64,000 bases of DNA from a virus (Duplodnaviria; Caudoviricetes), in IMG/VR virus record IMGVR_UViG_3300047157_000186; one strand, written 5' to 3'. Position numbers and translations under genes: made by a program. The notes beneath the pieces were generated by a model that made no database searches, was not told the origin of the DNA, and worked only from the letters and a program-made list of their open reading frames with translations. Positions 18,051 to 26,878 of this stretch are shown here, in pieces. How positions within the stretch are numbered: the first letter of the stretch is position 1; every line of letters begins with the position of its first letter.

Positions 18051-18227
18051 ATGACAGAATTATTAAATCAAATCCAAGAAGAATTGACTAACATCCAAGA
18101 GGATGCAGCAAAATTCTCAGAAAAAGGAAACAAAGCAGCAGGTACAAGAGTACGTAAGGCTATGCAAGTAATCAAAGGATTAGCACAAGACGTAAGAGTT
18201 GCAGTAAGTGCAGCAAACAAAGCATAG
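18051..18227 (+). CDS. Bacteroidota-type histone H1-like (Hc1-family) protein (58 aa)
   Basis: DAAKFSEKGNKAAGTRVRKAMQVIKGLAQDVR; missed by the ORF track. Confidence 0.8.
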   Translation: MTELLNQIQEELTNIQEDAAKFSEKGNKAAGTRVRKAMQVIKGLAQDVRVAVSAANKA

Positions 18228-18282
18228 TACCAAATATTAATTGGTATATATAAAGTACCAAGGAAACGTTCTTTAAAATATT

Positions 18283-18681
18283 GGAAGGCACATTAGATAT
18301 TGATCATTGATAATGTGAGTGTATTGCCGAAAAAATCCTGACGGAAAGAGGGATTAAGGCACACTAGACATCGGACAAGTTCCGGCTTAGTTGCAAAAGT
18401 GCGTAACTAAGACTCGACAGAGTAGAAGGTGGTAGATCGGGAAAGATATCTAAACTAATCTTTCTAAGAGCATTGCAAGTACCCGAGAGGAAGCCTTGCC
18501 TAAGTGACTGAACATCCTGTCTTATTAGGGGATAAAGTACAATCAAAGCCGTTGTGGCACTACAACGAGATTTAACCATCTTGAGTAGAACTTGAAATAA
18601 TAGTAAAGTTGATTGGTATGCAGTAATCAACACAATAAGTCGATCTTCTAAGGCTAGTATACCTTAGTACACGATCCTTCC
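18283..18681 (+). ncRNA. large (~400 nt) structured ncRNA of unknown family
   Basis: Closed by GGAAGG/CCTTCC; about ten internal hairpins; GC above background; followed by a U-run. Confidence 0.75.
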
Positions 18682-18691
18682 TTTTTTTATT

Positions 18692-18799
<108 letters not shown>

Positions 18800-18806
18800 C
18801 GAAATT

Positions 18807-18832
18807 AGCCTCTCAAACGAGAGGCTTTTTTA
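18807..18832 (+). terminator. intrinsic terminator
   Basis: AGCCTCTC-AAAC-GAGAGGCT followed by T-run. Confidence 0.85.
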
Positions 18833-18939
18833 TGAAATAAAACCATGATAAATATATTATTGGAGCAGGTTCTATATCTAACCACTGTTATGGGCCCCCG
18901 TCCTGTGGTAGAATCTGTTCCATTTTTTAACTTTAAACA

Positions 18940-19512
18940 ATGAGTAAATATCTAAAATATTACAAAGACATTTTTGAAGGTAAACCATTTTTAAGAAATG
19001 GTAAAATGGTCACGTTAAAAGAAAAAACAGTTTTTGATGGGGGCGGAATTCAAAAGATATATGGCGAATTAGAATATGAATTAGATAAAAGAGGTAGCGG
19101 TACTATCTTAGATTTTGGATCTGGAACTGGAGTACATTGGACAAAAAAAGTGCCAATTCCAGGAGTTAAAGAACGTAAAACTGCTAGTGAACACTTTGGT
19201 TCTAGATTAAGAGGATTTTATAGATATGATCCTGCCCACCCAGAATATTGTAAAAAACCAACAGGAACATTCGATATTATAATGTGTACAGAAGTTTTAG
19301 AACATGTGCCATTAGAAGAGTTACCGGAATTATTATCTGAAATGAAATCTTATTTAGCAGATGACGGTGTAGTTATATTCACCATTCCAAAGGGATTATC
19401 AAGTAATGCATTTCCAGATGGTAAAAATCTACATATTACATTAATGGAAACTAAAGAATGGAACAAAATGTTTGATCAATATTTCGATGATCATATATTA
19501 ATTCACCATTAG
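18940..19512 (+). CDS. class I SAM-dependent methyltransferase
   Basis: ILDFGSGTG, CTEVLEHVP; shares the NLHI motif with 5170..5709. Confidence 0.8.
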   Translation: MSKYLKYYKDIFEGKPFLRNGKMVTLKEKTVFDGGGIQKIYGELEYELDKRGSGTILDFGSGTGVHWTKKVPIPGVKERKTASEHFGSRLRGFYRYDPAHPEYCKKPTGTFDIIMCTEVLEHVPLEELPELLSEMKSYLADDGVVIFTIPKGLSSNAFPDGKNLHITLMETKEWNKMFDQYFDDHILIHH

Positions 19513-19532
19513 TAGTAAAATAATTCACCCAG

Positions 19533-19572
19533 ATTTTTTTATGTCATAAACTTTTTGTATATTAGTAGTATA
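19533..19572 (+). promoter_or_regulatory. class-1 promoter repeat
   Basis: TATATTAG at 19558. Confidence 0.65.
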
Positions 19573-19588
19573 ATATTAAAGCAGAACT

Positions 19589-19813
19589 ATGAGATATACA
19601 GTAACTTATGAAGTTTACATTGAAGGTGACAATGATAAACATGCTTTTTCTAAAGCAGAACTGATCGCCAAAAACCAGAATGCGTTGCACCCAAATCAAC
19701 AGTGGGATGTACATAAATTGCATATTACACCGTTCGCATCATTAAACGTAAAGGAAGTTGATATTGATGCAATCAAGACAGAAAAATTGTTGAACCAAGA
19801 CTTACCATTTTAA
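19589..19813 (+). CDS. hypothetical protein
   Basis: ORF after a promoter. Confidence 0.65.
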   Translation: MRYTVTYEVYIEGDNDKHAFSKAELIAKNQNALHPNQQWDVHKLHITPFASLNVKEVDIDAIKTEKLLNQDLPF

Positions 19814-19815
19814 TT

Positions 19816-20667
19816 ATGCCAGAACTAGCCGAACTTAAATTAACATCAGACTATGTAAATCAAGCATCAAGTGGAATGATTTACACAAATGTAAAAAAGA
19901 ATCCTCAACACAAAGGGGCAGAATTAGATATTCCATTTAAATATTTTACACTAACTTCAGAAAGTAAAGGTAAAGAGATCATATTAACTATCAAAGATGA
20001 TGATAGTGAAGCAACTATTCCTATACGTATTACTATGGGTATGAGTGGTCATTTTAGAACTACTAACACTGGACAAGAAGACAAACACGCACATCTTAAA
20101 TTTTATAGAAAAGATGGAACAACATTGTCATTTGTAGATGTTAGACGTTTTGGTAAATGGACACAAGGTTTGAGTTGGAATGAAGGAAGAGGTCCAGATC
20201 CAACAACAGAACCACGTGAATTCTTTTTGAATATCATGACAAATCTAACTAAAAAAACATTTCGTAAACCATTATATGAGGTTCTTATGGATCAAAAATG
20301 GTTTAATGGTATTGGTAATTATCTAAGAGCTGAAATTATTTTTAGAGCAGGTGATGTTGATCCATTTCTTCCGGCAGCACAACAAATTGCAAAGTACCCA
20401 AAAATACTAGAATTATGTACAGATATTCCAATGTTGGCATACGCAAAGGGCGGTGGAAGCATCAAAGATTGGGATAATCCATTTGGCGAAAACGCAATTC
20501 AAGAAAAATTTATGTTGTGTTATGGAAACAAAATGATGGATACTCGTATAGATTCTAAGAACCGTAGATTTTGGTATGATCCTAAATGGAATGTACCTAT
20601 CCACAGAGATGATTTAAAAGATTGGGATTATTACAGTGGATTACCTAACCCTAAAGCATATGAATAA
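19816..20667 (+). CDS. Fpg/Nei family DNA glycosylase/AP lyase (NEIL1-like, no zinc finger)
   Basis: N-terminal MPELAE, MGMSG, FVDVRRFG, H2TH LMDQKWFNGIGNYLRAEI. Confidence 0.9.
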   Translation: MPELAELKLTSDYVNQASSGMIYTNVKKNPQHKGAELDIPFKYFTLTSESKGKEIILTIKDDDSEATIPIRITMGMSGHFRTTNTGQEDKHAHLKFYRKDGTTLSFVDVRRFGKWTQGLSWNEGRGPDPTTEPREFFLNIMTNLTKKTFRKPLYEVLMDQKWFNGIGNYLRAEIIFRAGDVDPFLPAAQQIAKYPKILELCTDIPMLAYAKGGGSIKDWDNPFGENAIQEKFMLCYGNKMMDTRIDSKNRRFWYDPKWNVPIHRDDLKDWDYYSGLPNPKAYE

Positions 20668-20683
20668 CTATAAATTAAATATT

Positions 20684-20872
20684 ATGAACAAGATTAACAA
20701 ATTCAAAAAATTCTTTAATAACTGGTACCCAGTAATTTTAGCATTTGCATGCCTTCTATATTCCGTAACTTATGGAGTATTAGGTTACACAGAAGAAGCT
20801 CAGTATTCGGCACACTGGCCAGGAACTATCCTCCTTTTTGCGATAGCGATCAGACAAAGAAGAAACTCATGA
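20684..20872 (+). CDS. small membrane protein
   Basis: Two hydrophobic segments. Confidence 0.55.
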   Translation: MNKINKFKKFFNNWYPVILAFACLLYSVTYGVLGYTEEAQYSAHWPGTILLFAIAIRQRRNS

Positions 20873-21144
20873 ATCTAGGATTTTTTATTATGGGTGGACT
20901 GATATTTTCAGTTTACATCTATTTTACAATATGGAACATCTTCTATGGTGCTAAAAAACAAAGAGAAGAAAACTATCCAAACTATTATGATAGACATGGA
21001 TCGATGAGCGATGATGTGGATATGGATGGTATGGGAAACTTTAGTAGATTTCCAGTTAATAAAGAACGCGAAGCTCTTAAAAATGCTAGAAAGAATAGAA
21101 TGGATAGAGATTGGAAAGGCCGTAAAAAAGAAAAAGTTGATTAG
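20869..21144 (+). CDS. single-TM hypothetical protein
   Basis: Probable start MNLGFF at 20869. Confidence 0.55.
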   Translation: MNLGFFIMGGLIFSVYIYFTIWNIFYGAKKQREENYPNYYDRHGSMSDDVDMDGMGNFSRFPVNKEREALKNARKNRMDRDWKGRKKEKVD

Positions 21145-21145
21145 A

Positions 21146-21391
21146 ATGAGAAACACAGTTAAATTACCACAGCCACAAAGGGATATTATTGTAAAAGCAT
21201 TACAAGTTTATCAAACTGCATTAAGAACGCTAGAAGATAAAACTGAAGATCAAGAATATACTGACTTTGATATTACTGCTTTAACTGGAATGTTTAAGGA
21301 CAGTGATGTTGATGTAAGAATTGAATTAGATGAAGAGGTACACAACTCATTTGTACACCGACATGGTGTAGATTTTCCAATGTATGTTTAA
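21146..21391 (+). CDS. hypothetical protein
   Basis: Probable start MRNTVK at 21146. Confidence 0.55.
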   Translation: MRNTVKLPQPQRDIIVKALQVYQTALRTLEDKTEDQEYTDFDITALTGMFKDSDVDVRIELDEEVHNSFVHRHGVDFPMYV

Positions 21392-21402
21392 CACCAAAGA
21401 CA

Positions 21403-21552
21403 ATGGGTAAATACTTAAAGCAAGGATTTGTAAGAGAGTTGGAATGGCAACTTAATAGAGAAGAAATCTCGTACTCAAAATGGGTTGACCTAATGGAGGA
21501 GGAATGTATTAAGAACTACAAGGAAGAAACCTTTAACACCAAAGAGAAATGA
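21403..21552 (+). CDS. cassette mini-gene (49 aa, ends ETFNTKEK)
   Basis: Bounded by junction repeats; missed by the ORF track. Confidence 0.65.
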   Translation: MGKYLKQGFVRELEWQLNREEISYSKWVDLMEEECIKNYKEETFNTKEK

Positions 21553-21833
21553 GTGAAGTAAATCCAAATTACAATCCACAAGCAGATTTTGACAACTTTG
21601 GTGAAGAGATGGAACACATCGTTAAGACAACACCTAAAGAGGTGCTAAAAAAGGAGTGGGATAAAGTATTAGCAGAATATGGTACTGATACACACGACAA
21701 GATTCTATCTATGACTGATGACTTTGTTCAGTCTAATCGTAGTGAAGGACAAACCTATGCTCATTATCACTATGATATGATGGCAGACTTTGCTCTACAT
21801 ATATTAGAAACCTTTAACACCAAAGAGAGATGA
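21549..21833 (+). CDS. cassette mini-gene (ends ETFNTKER)
   Basis: Bounded by junction repeats. Confidence 0.7.
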   Translation: MSEVNPNYNPQADFDNFGEEMEHIVKTTPKEVLKKEWDKVLAEYGTDTHDKILSMTDDFVQSNRSEGQTYAHYHYDMMADFALHILETFNTKER

Positions 21834-21988
21834 AACCATTAGACAATGTTCAAATGATTGAAGTCAAAGAAGGAGTAGTAACTATCACTTATAAAGATGG
21901 TACAACGCTTACCACTAAAGAGGATATTACACTTGGACTTGGGTATAAGAATGAGAATGATATACCATTAAATGACCATTGTCTTTAA
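21830..21988 (+). CDS. cassette mini-gene (52 aa)
   Basis: Bounded by junction repeats; stop TAA lies inside the repeat. Confidence 0.6.
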   Translation: MKPLDNVQMIEVKEGVVTITYKDGTTLTTKEDITLGLGYKNENDIPLNDHCL

Positions 21989-22000
21989 CACCAAAGAGAG

Positions 22001-22255
22001 ATGACAGAAAAGCAACTAATAGAATTAGACTTCACTCGCAATGACGAGACAGCTGAGAATAGTGGAGCACCAAATGACTTCCACTACTACACATACGACG
22101 TAGGTAACTTCAGCTTAATCTCACCAGCAAGTGATGAGGTTGAAGAAGATGGATGGTATGTTGAGGCATTTGAAACTCCGGAGATTAGATTTACTAATCC
22201 TACAGAGGTGAATATTCTATTGACGTTACTAACGAACAATTATACAGAGAAATGA
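22001..22255 (+). CDS. hypothetical protein (last cassette)
   Basis: Starts at the fourth repeat. Confidence 0.65.
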   Translation: MTEKQLIELDFTRNDETAENSGAPNDFHYYTYDVGNFSLISPASDEVEEDGWYVEAFETPEIRFTNPTEVNILLTLLTNNYTEK

Positions 22256-22331
22256 AAGAAGAAAGAATTTATACAATAATTAATATTCTTACAGTGATTG
22301 GGTTTTTTACTCTAATGATACTAGGATCAAA

Positions 22332-22571
22332 ATGACAGAAGAACAAATTGATAGAATTATAGAAATGGCTTGGGAGGATAGAACTCCATTTGAGGCCATT
22401 GAATTCCAATTCGGACTTAAAGAGAATGATGTTAGGAAGTTAATGAGGAAGCACATGAAAGAATCCTCATTTAAAATGTGGAGAGAGCGAGTTAAAGGCA
22501 GAAAGACAAAGCATGCCAAAAATAATGATGGTATCAGATTTAAATCAAAAAACCAAAGAGCAAACCGATGA
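22332..22571 (+). CDS. TIGR03643/DUF2805-like protein
   Basis: IDRIIEMAWEDRTPFEAIEFQFGL...SFKMWRERV. Confidence 0.8.
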   Translation: MTEEQIDRIIEMAWEDRTPFEAIEFQFGLKENDVRKLMRKHMKESSFKMWRERVKGRKTKHAKNNDGIRFKSKNQRANR

Positions 22572-22897
22572 GACATTTCTTTTTAATAATTCTATTTATG
22601 TTAACAACAAACATGGTTGGGCAGAATTTTATTTTACAAGAGAAAGACAAACAAATACATTTTATAGCAGGCGCAGCAGCTAGCACAGTAGGTTATTATT
22701 GGTCATATAAAAAACATAATAATAAAACAAGAGCTCAAATAACGGGAATGTTAGCATCAATTTCAGCAGGTATATTAAAAGAATTGTATGATAGTAGAAC
22801 TGGTGGTACGGTAGAGCGCAGAGATGTGTTAGCTACTATGATGGGAGGAGCCACAGTTACATTGACTATACCATTATTTCAAAAGAAAAGAAAATGA
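22568..22897 (+). CDS. membrane protein, YfiM/DUF2279-like
   Basis: DKQIHF..GA, KELYD...D..AT..G. Confidence 0.5.
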   Translation: MRHFFLIILFMLTTNMVGQNFILQEKDKQIHFIAGAAASTVGYYWSYKKHNNKTRAQITGMLASISAGILKELYDSRTGGTVERRDVLATMMGGATVTLTIPLFQKKRK

Positions 22898-23069
22898 CAG
22901 CAAAAGAATGGTTAGATAAAAATGAATGGCCAAATAAAAATATAGATAGTGATGCATTTTCTCATTACACAACAATGAGCAAGATCATGGAACAATATGC
23001 CAGAGAATATCATGTAAAAAAACTAGAAGAATCTAGAAAAAAAGAAGAAACACAATTTAAACAATTTTT

Positions 23070-23702
23070 ATGAAAAAGCTAGAAAGAATGCAGAACTTGA
23101 TTGTAGTAGGTCATCCAGATCAGGAATCTTTCTGTTACAATGGTATTTTTAAGACAATTCAGAAAACTCTATTAGATAGTGATTACCTAAATGAGGTAGA
23201 AGTTATTGATTTATATAGAGATGATTTCTCTAGACCAAGAACAGATCTTATTAAAAAATATCAAGAGTTAGTAACTTGGGCAGACAGAATCTATTTCGTA
23301 TCTCCAGTTTGGTGGTTTAGATTAACACCAAGAACAGAGATATTCTTTGACGAAGTATTTACTCCAGGTTTTGCATACAAGTTTGTCCCAGTGATTGGAC
23401 CATACGCATATCCAAAACCATTTTTGAGTGATAAAAAGGTAAGAACATACATCACACATGGAGCACCTTCATTGCCAGTAAAAACACTTTATTTGAATTC
23501 GGTTAAATTACGTTTAGTGATGGGTGTATTTACATTTGTGTTTGGATGGAATATTTCAAGATGGTTAAAGACAAAACAATTTTGGTCAGTACCATTTGCA
23601 AGTGATAAAAAACGAGCAAAGTATTTAGAAATAGTTAAAAAAGATGTTCTTAAAGATTTGAAGAAACATCAAATTGAAACAATATCAAATAAGAGTATAT
23701 AA
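23070..23702 (+). CDS. flavodoxin-2 family NAD(P)H-dependent oxidoreductase
   Basis: VGHPD..SF, WAD.IYFVSPVWW, FFDEVFTPGFAY. Confidence 0.85.
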   Translation: MKKLERMQNLIVVGHPDQESFCYNGIFKTIQKTLLDSDYLNEVEVIDLYRDDFSRPRTDLIKKYQELVTWADRIYFVSPVWWFRLTPRTEIFFDEVFTPGFAYKFVPVIGPYAYPKPFLSDKKVRTYITHGAPSLPVKTLYLNSVKLRLVMGVFTFVFGWNISRWLKTKQFWSVPFASDKKRAKYLEIVKKDVLKDLKKHQIETISNKSI

Positions 23703-23718
23703 TACTTAAACAATAATT

Positions 23719-23934
23719 ATGACTATAGAAGTTTGGATTCAAGAGGAATCAATTGAAAATCTAATTAAAATTAGTGATGAACTTTATAATGGAGATGCAG
23801 ATGAAAGATTTGAAGATTCTGTAGAATTCACCAAAGTTCTTACATTAGAGGGTCAAGTAGCAATTCACATGTCACTTGATACTTATATTAGACTTACAGA
23901 TAATGAATTATTAACTGAATGGGAAATATATTAA
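23719..23934 (+). CDS. hypothetical protein
   Basis: After a class-2 promoter. Confidence 0.6.
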   Translation: MTIEVWIQEESIENLIKISDELYNGDADERFEDSVEFTKVLTLEGQVAIHMSLDTYIRLTDNELLTEWEIY

Positions 23935-23943
23935 AATTAAAAT

Positions 23944-24228
23944 ATGGATTTTAAAGAAGAAATTAAAACAGGAAGAGTATTAGTAGATTTTTGGGCTGCA
24001 TGGTGTGGACCATGTAAAATGCTTATTAAAACATTAGACAAATACTCAGAAGAAGTTAGTGAAGTTAAAGTACTAAAAATTAACGTAGATGAAGAATCAG
24101 ACATTGCTGCAGAATATGGCATTAGATCGATACCTACATTATTGTATTTTGAAGACGGCGAAATTGTAGAAAGACAAACAGGTAATGTTCCGTTAGCAAC
24201 TATAAAAGAATTAACAAAAATAAATTAA
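23944..24228 (+). CDS. trxA: thioredoxin
   Basis: VDFWAAWCGPCK, IRSIPT. Confidence 0.95.
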   Translation: MDFKEEIKTGRVLVDFWAAWCGPCKMLIKTLDKYSEEVSEVKVLKINVDEESDIAAEYGIRSIPTLLYFEDGEIVERQTGNVPLATIKELTKIN

Positions 24229-24229
24229 T

Positions 24230-24715
24230 ATGTGGAACTGGATCAAAAACACTTTTGTATATTGGGTAGAATTAGCTAGAGATATTAGAGTTTGGTGGAT
24301 TTTTCGTAAAACTGCAAAACAAAATCAAGATCAATTAAATCAAGACTTTCAATTAAGAGTTGATTGGTTGGGTAGAATTTATGGTGTAGTTAATTTACCA
24401 GAAGAGGTTCAAACTGCATCTGGTGAAATTCAACAGGCATTTGTTCTTAATAAGATTTCAGGTTTTGGAAACTACATGTTACAAATAGGTTTGGCAGATA
24501 TGGTTTATCCTCAAATACAAAAGGTATCGCCTGTTTCTTATTTAATAATTTTATGGCCAGTATTTGATGATTTGTCTCTGCTGCCTATTATTGGTAATAT
24601 TATTAGATCTACATTTGTAGGTTTTATCATTTTTATTATAACTAAATTTATCATCAATAATGCACACATATGGAATGCATTATGGGATAAGTTTACTATA
24701 TTCTTAACACAATAG
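24230..24715 (+). CDS. membrane hypothetical protein
   Basis: C-terminal hydrophobic helices. Confidence 0.6.
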   Translation: MWNWIKNTFVYWVELARDIRVWWIFRKTAKQNQDQLNQDFQLRVDWLGRIYGVVNLPEEVQTASGEIQQAFVLNKISGFGNYMLQIGLADMVYPQIQKVSPVSYLIILWPVFDDLSLLPIIGNIIRSTFVGFIIFIITKFIINNAHIWNALWDKFTIFLTQ

Positions 24716-24718
24716 AAT

Positions 24719-25486
24719 TTGAAAACAGAAGAAGTATCAATAAACAGAGTTCATGAAGATGGACTTAGGTTTTATCAAGTAACTGAAGGTGACAAAGTAA
24801 TAGCTAAGTTGCCTTCAGTTACTACTATCTTGGGTAATACCAAAGATATGTCAGGTTTAGAGAAATGGAAAAAAAGAGTAGGTGAAGCCGAAGCTAAACG
24901 TATATCTGAACTTTCAATGAACAGGGGAACTATTATGCACAGACTCATAGAACTGTATAAGAGCACTTCTGGGTCAGCCACTGAAAGGCTAAAGATTCTT
25001 AAAGATTTAGCAAAAGAAGATGAGGAGGTTAACCAATTCAGCGAAGAAGACAATGGACCTCTTTATTTAGAAGAAGCATGGAAATTCTTTTATAAATTCT
25101 ATTTTAATAGTTCTGATTATTTTGATAGAGTTGTTAAAGTATTAGAAGCAGAAACATTCTTATGGACTGTAAAAGGTGGAGGATGGGCTGGAACAGTAGA
25201 TAATATTTCTAAAATGGTTGATGATAAAGTTGTTATTATTGATTATAAAAACAGTAGAAGACCAAAAAGAGAAGATTGGATTCAAGATTATTTCATACAA
25301 TGTGGTGCATACTTTATTGCATATTGGGATATGACAGGAATTAAAGCAGATGGTGGAGAAATATGGATTGCAAATGAAGAAGATAACATACCACAATGTT
25401 TCACATTAACACAATCAGATTTAGAATTTTATTCTAAGCAATTTATAAGAAGAAGAAAAACATTTAAAGAATTAAAAGGTATATGA
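24719..25486 (+). CDS. PD-(D/E)XK exonuclease (Cas4/lambda-exo-like)
   Basis: PSVTTIL, RGTIMH, GTVD...IIDYKNS, QCGAY. Confidence 0.85.
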   Translation: MKTEEVSINRVHEDGLRFYQVTEGDKVIAKLPSVTTILGNTKDMSGLEKWKKRVGEAEAKRISELSMNRGTIMHRLIELYKSTSGSATERLKILKDLAKEDEEVNQFSEEDNGPLYLEEAWKFFYKFYFNSSDYFDRVVKVLEAETFLWTVKGGGWAGTVDNISKMVDDKVVIIDYKNSRRPKREDWIQDYFIQCGAYFIAYWDMTGIKADGGEIWIANEEDNIPQCFTLTQSDLEFYSKQFIRRRKTFKELKGI

Positions 25487-26565
25487 AAAAGAACAAACAA
25501 TTTTTATATGATTACTTAAATGCTTATGCTCCAGTAGCACAGGAAACTGAAGGTCAAAAAATATGGACTGATTACATTAAACCGTTTTCTGATTTTTTGT
25601 ATACAGATGCATATGGAACTTCATACGGAGTTAGAAAATCTAAAACCAAATTTAATACTCAATTTCCAAAAGTAGTAATTGAAGCCCACTGTGATGAAAT
25701 TGCATGGATTATTACTAATATTGAAAAAGATGGTATGATTAGAGTTAGAAAACATGGAGGATCAGATAATATGATTGCACCTTCTAAGGCAGTAACTATT
25801 CATACACATGATGGAGAACAAGTTAAAGGTGTTTTTGGTTGGCCAGCAATTCATACGAGAGTTAAAAGAAAAGATTTAGGTTATGCTGATCATGAATTAT
25901 GGGTAGACACTGGATTAGATAGTTTAGAAAAAGTAAATGAAGCTGGTGTTGAAGTAGGATGTTTAATTACATTTGATGATCAATTACAAGAAATGGGCGA
26001 TTATTATGTAGGTAGAGCATTAGATAATAAGATAGGAGGTTATATTATAGCAGAGGTTCTTAGAAAAATACACAAAGAAGGTGTAGATTTGCCATTTGAT
26101 CTATATGTAGTTAATTCAGTACAAGAAGAAGTTGGATTATTTGGCGCTAAAAAAATTGCAAAAGAATTACAAGCTGATTTAGCATTAGTCACAGATGTTT
26201 GCCATAATACAGCAACACCAAAAATGGATAATGCAAAACATGGGCCAGTTGAAGGTGGTAAAGGACCATCATTAGAGTATGCATCTCAAAATCATAGAGG
26301 TATTTTAAACATGATCAAGAAAGTTGCAGAGAACAATAATATTCCACTTCAACATCATGTTGGTAGTTATGGAAATGATACTGTTGCATTCTTTTTAGAG
26401 AATACACCAACTGCTATTTTAGGTATGCCACTTAAATATATGCACTCAACTGTAGAAATGGCACATAAGAAAGATGTTAAGAATTGCATTGAATTATACG
26501 TTCATTTTCTTAAAAACTTGACACCTGAAAAAATAAATAAGATAAATAATAAGATAGATAATTAA
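25483..26565 (+). CDS. M42 family metallo-aminopeptidase
   Basis: EAHCDE, ALDNKIG, QEEVGL, YMHS. Confidence 0.9.
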   Translation: MKKNKQFLYDYLNAYAPVAQETEGQKIWTDYIKPFSDFLYTDAYGTSYGVRKSKTKFNTQFPKVVIEAHCDEIAWIITNIEKDGMIRVRKHGGSDNMIAPSKAVTIHTHDGEQVKGVFGWPAIHTRVKRKDLGYADHELWVDTGLDSLEKVNEAGVEVGCLITFDDQLQEMGDYYVGRALDNKIGGYIIAEVLRKIHKEGVDLPFDLYVVNSVQEEVGLFGAKKIAKELQADLALVTDVCHNTATPKMDNAKHGPVEGGKGPSLEYASQNHRGILNMIKKVAENNNIPLQHHVGSYGNDTVAFFLENTPTAILGMPLKYMHSTVEMAHKKDVKNCIELYVHFLKNLTPEKINKINNKIDN

Positions 26566-26577
26566 AATACACACATT

Positions 26578-26877
26578 ATGAGCAAATTTAATACATTTTT
26601 AGCAGATCATGGTACAAAGATAGTAATTGCACTTTTAGTGCTTACTTATTTCAAATCATGTGGAATTGATTCTGACGTTGAAAAAATCAAAAAAGATTTA
26701 AGAGTAACCAATGCGGAAGTTGATTCTTTAACAAATAGATTAGAAACAAAAATCATTTCTGAACAAGATATGATTAGATTAATTAAAGAAGTTCCGGCTT
26801 GGAAAACTCTAAGAATTGAAGAGATATCAGACAAGGAAAGAATTTCAATTAACGCACTAGAAGAAAAAGAAGACTAA
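26578..26877 (+). CDS. membrane-anchored coiled-coil protein (possibly spanin-like)
   Basis: Hydrophobic helix plus FKSC, then coiled coil. Confidence 0.4.
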   Translation: MSKFNTFLADHGTKIVIALLVLTYFKSCGIDSDVEKIKKDLRVTNAEVDSLTNRLETKIISEQDMIRLIKEVPAWKTLRIEEISDKERISINALEEKED

Positions 26878-26878
26878 A

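Larger units (their letters stand above)
21387..22003 (+). repeat. four copies of the junction repeat TTTAACACCAAAGA(G/C)(A)RATG
   Basis: Copies start at 21387, 21532, 21813 and 21984, each ending in the next gene's ATG. Confidence 0.85.

Noticed and set aside
18364-18633. 89-aa minus-strand ORF
   Set aside because: Antisense to the structured ncRNA, with no protein-like composition
18283-18681. Canonical RNase P RNA or group I intron
   Set aside because: No GAGGAAAGTCC CR-I in the right order and no P7 motifs; left as an unassigned ncRNA
21387-22003. CRISPR array
   Set aside because: Repeat is ~20 bp and non-palindromic, spacing is irregular (145-281 bp), and the spacers are intact ORFs; no cas genes
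24719-25486. Cas4 as part of a CRISPR system
   Set aside because: No other cas genes or array, and no Fe-S cysteines; typical stand-alone phage exonuclease
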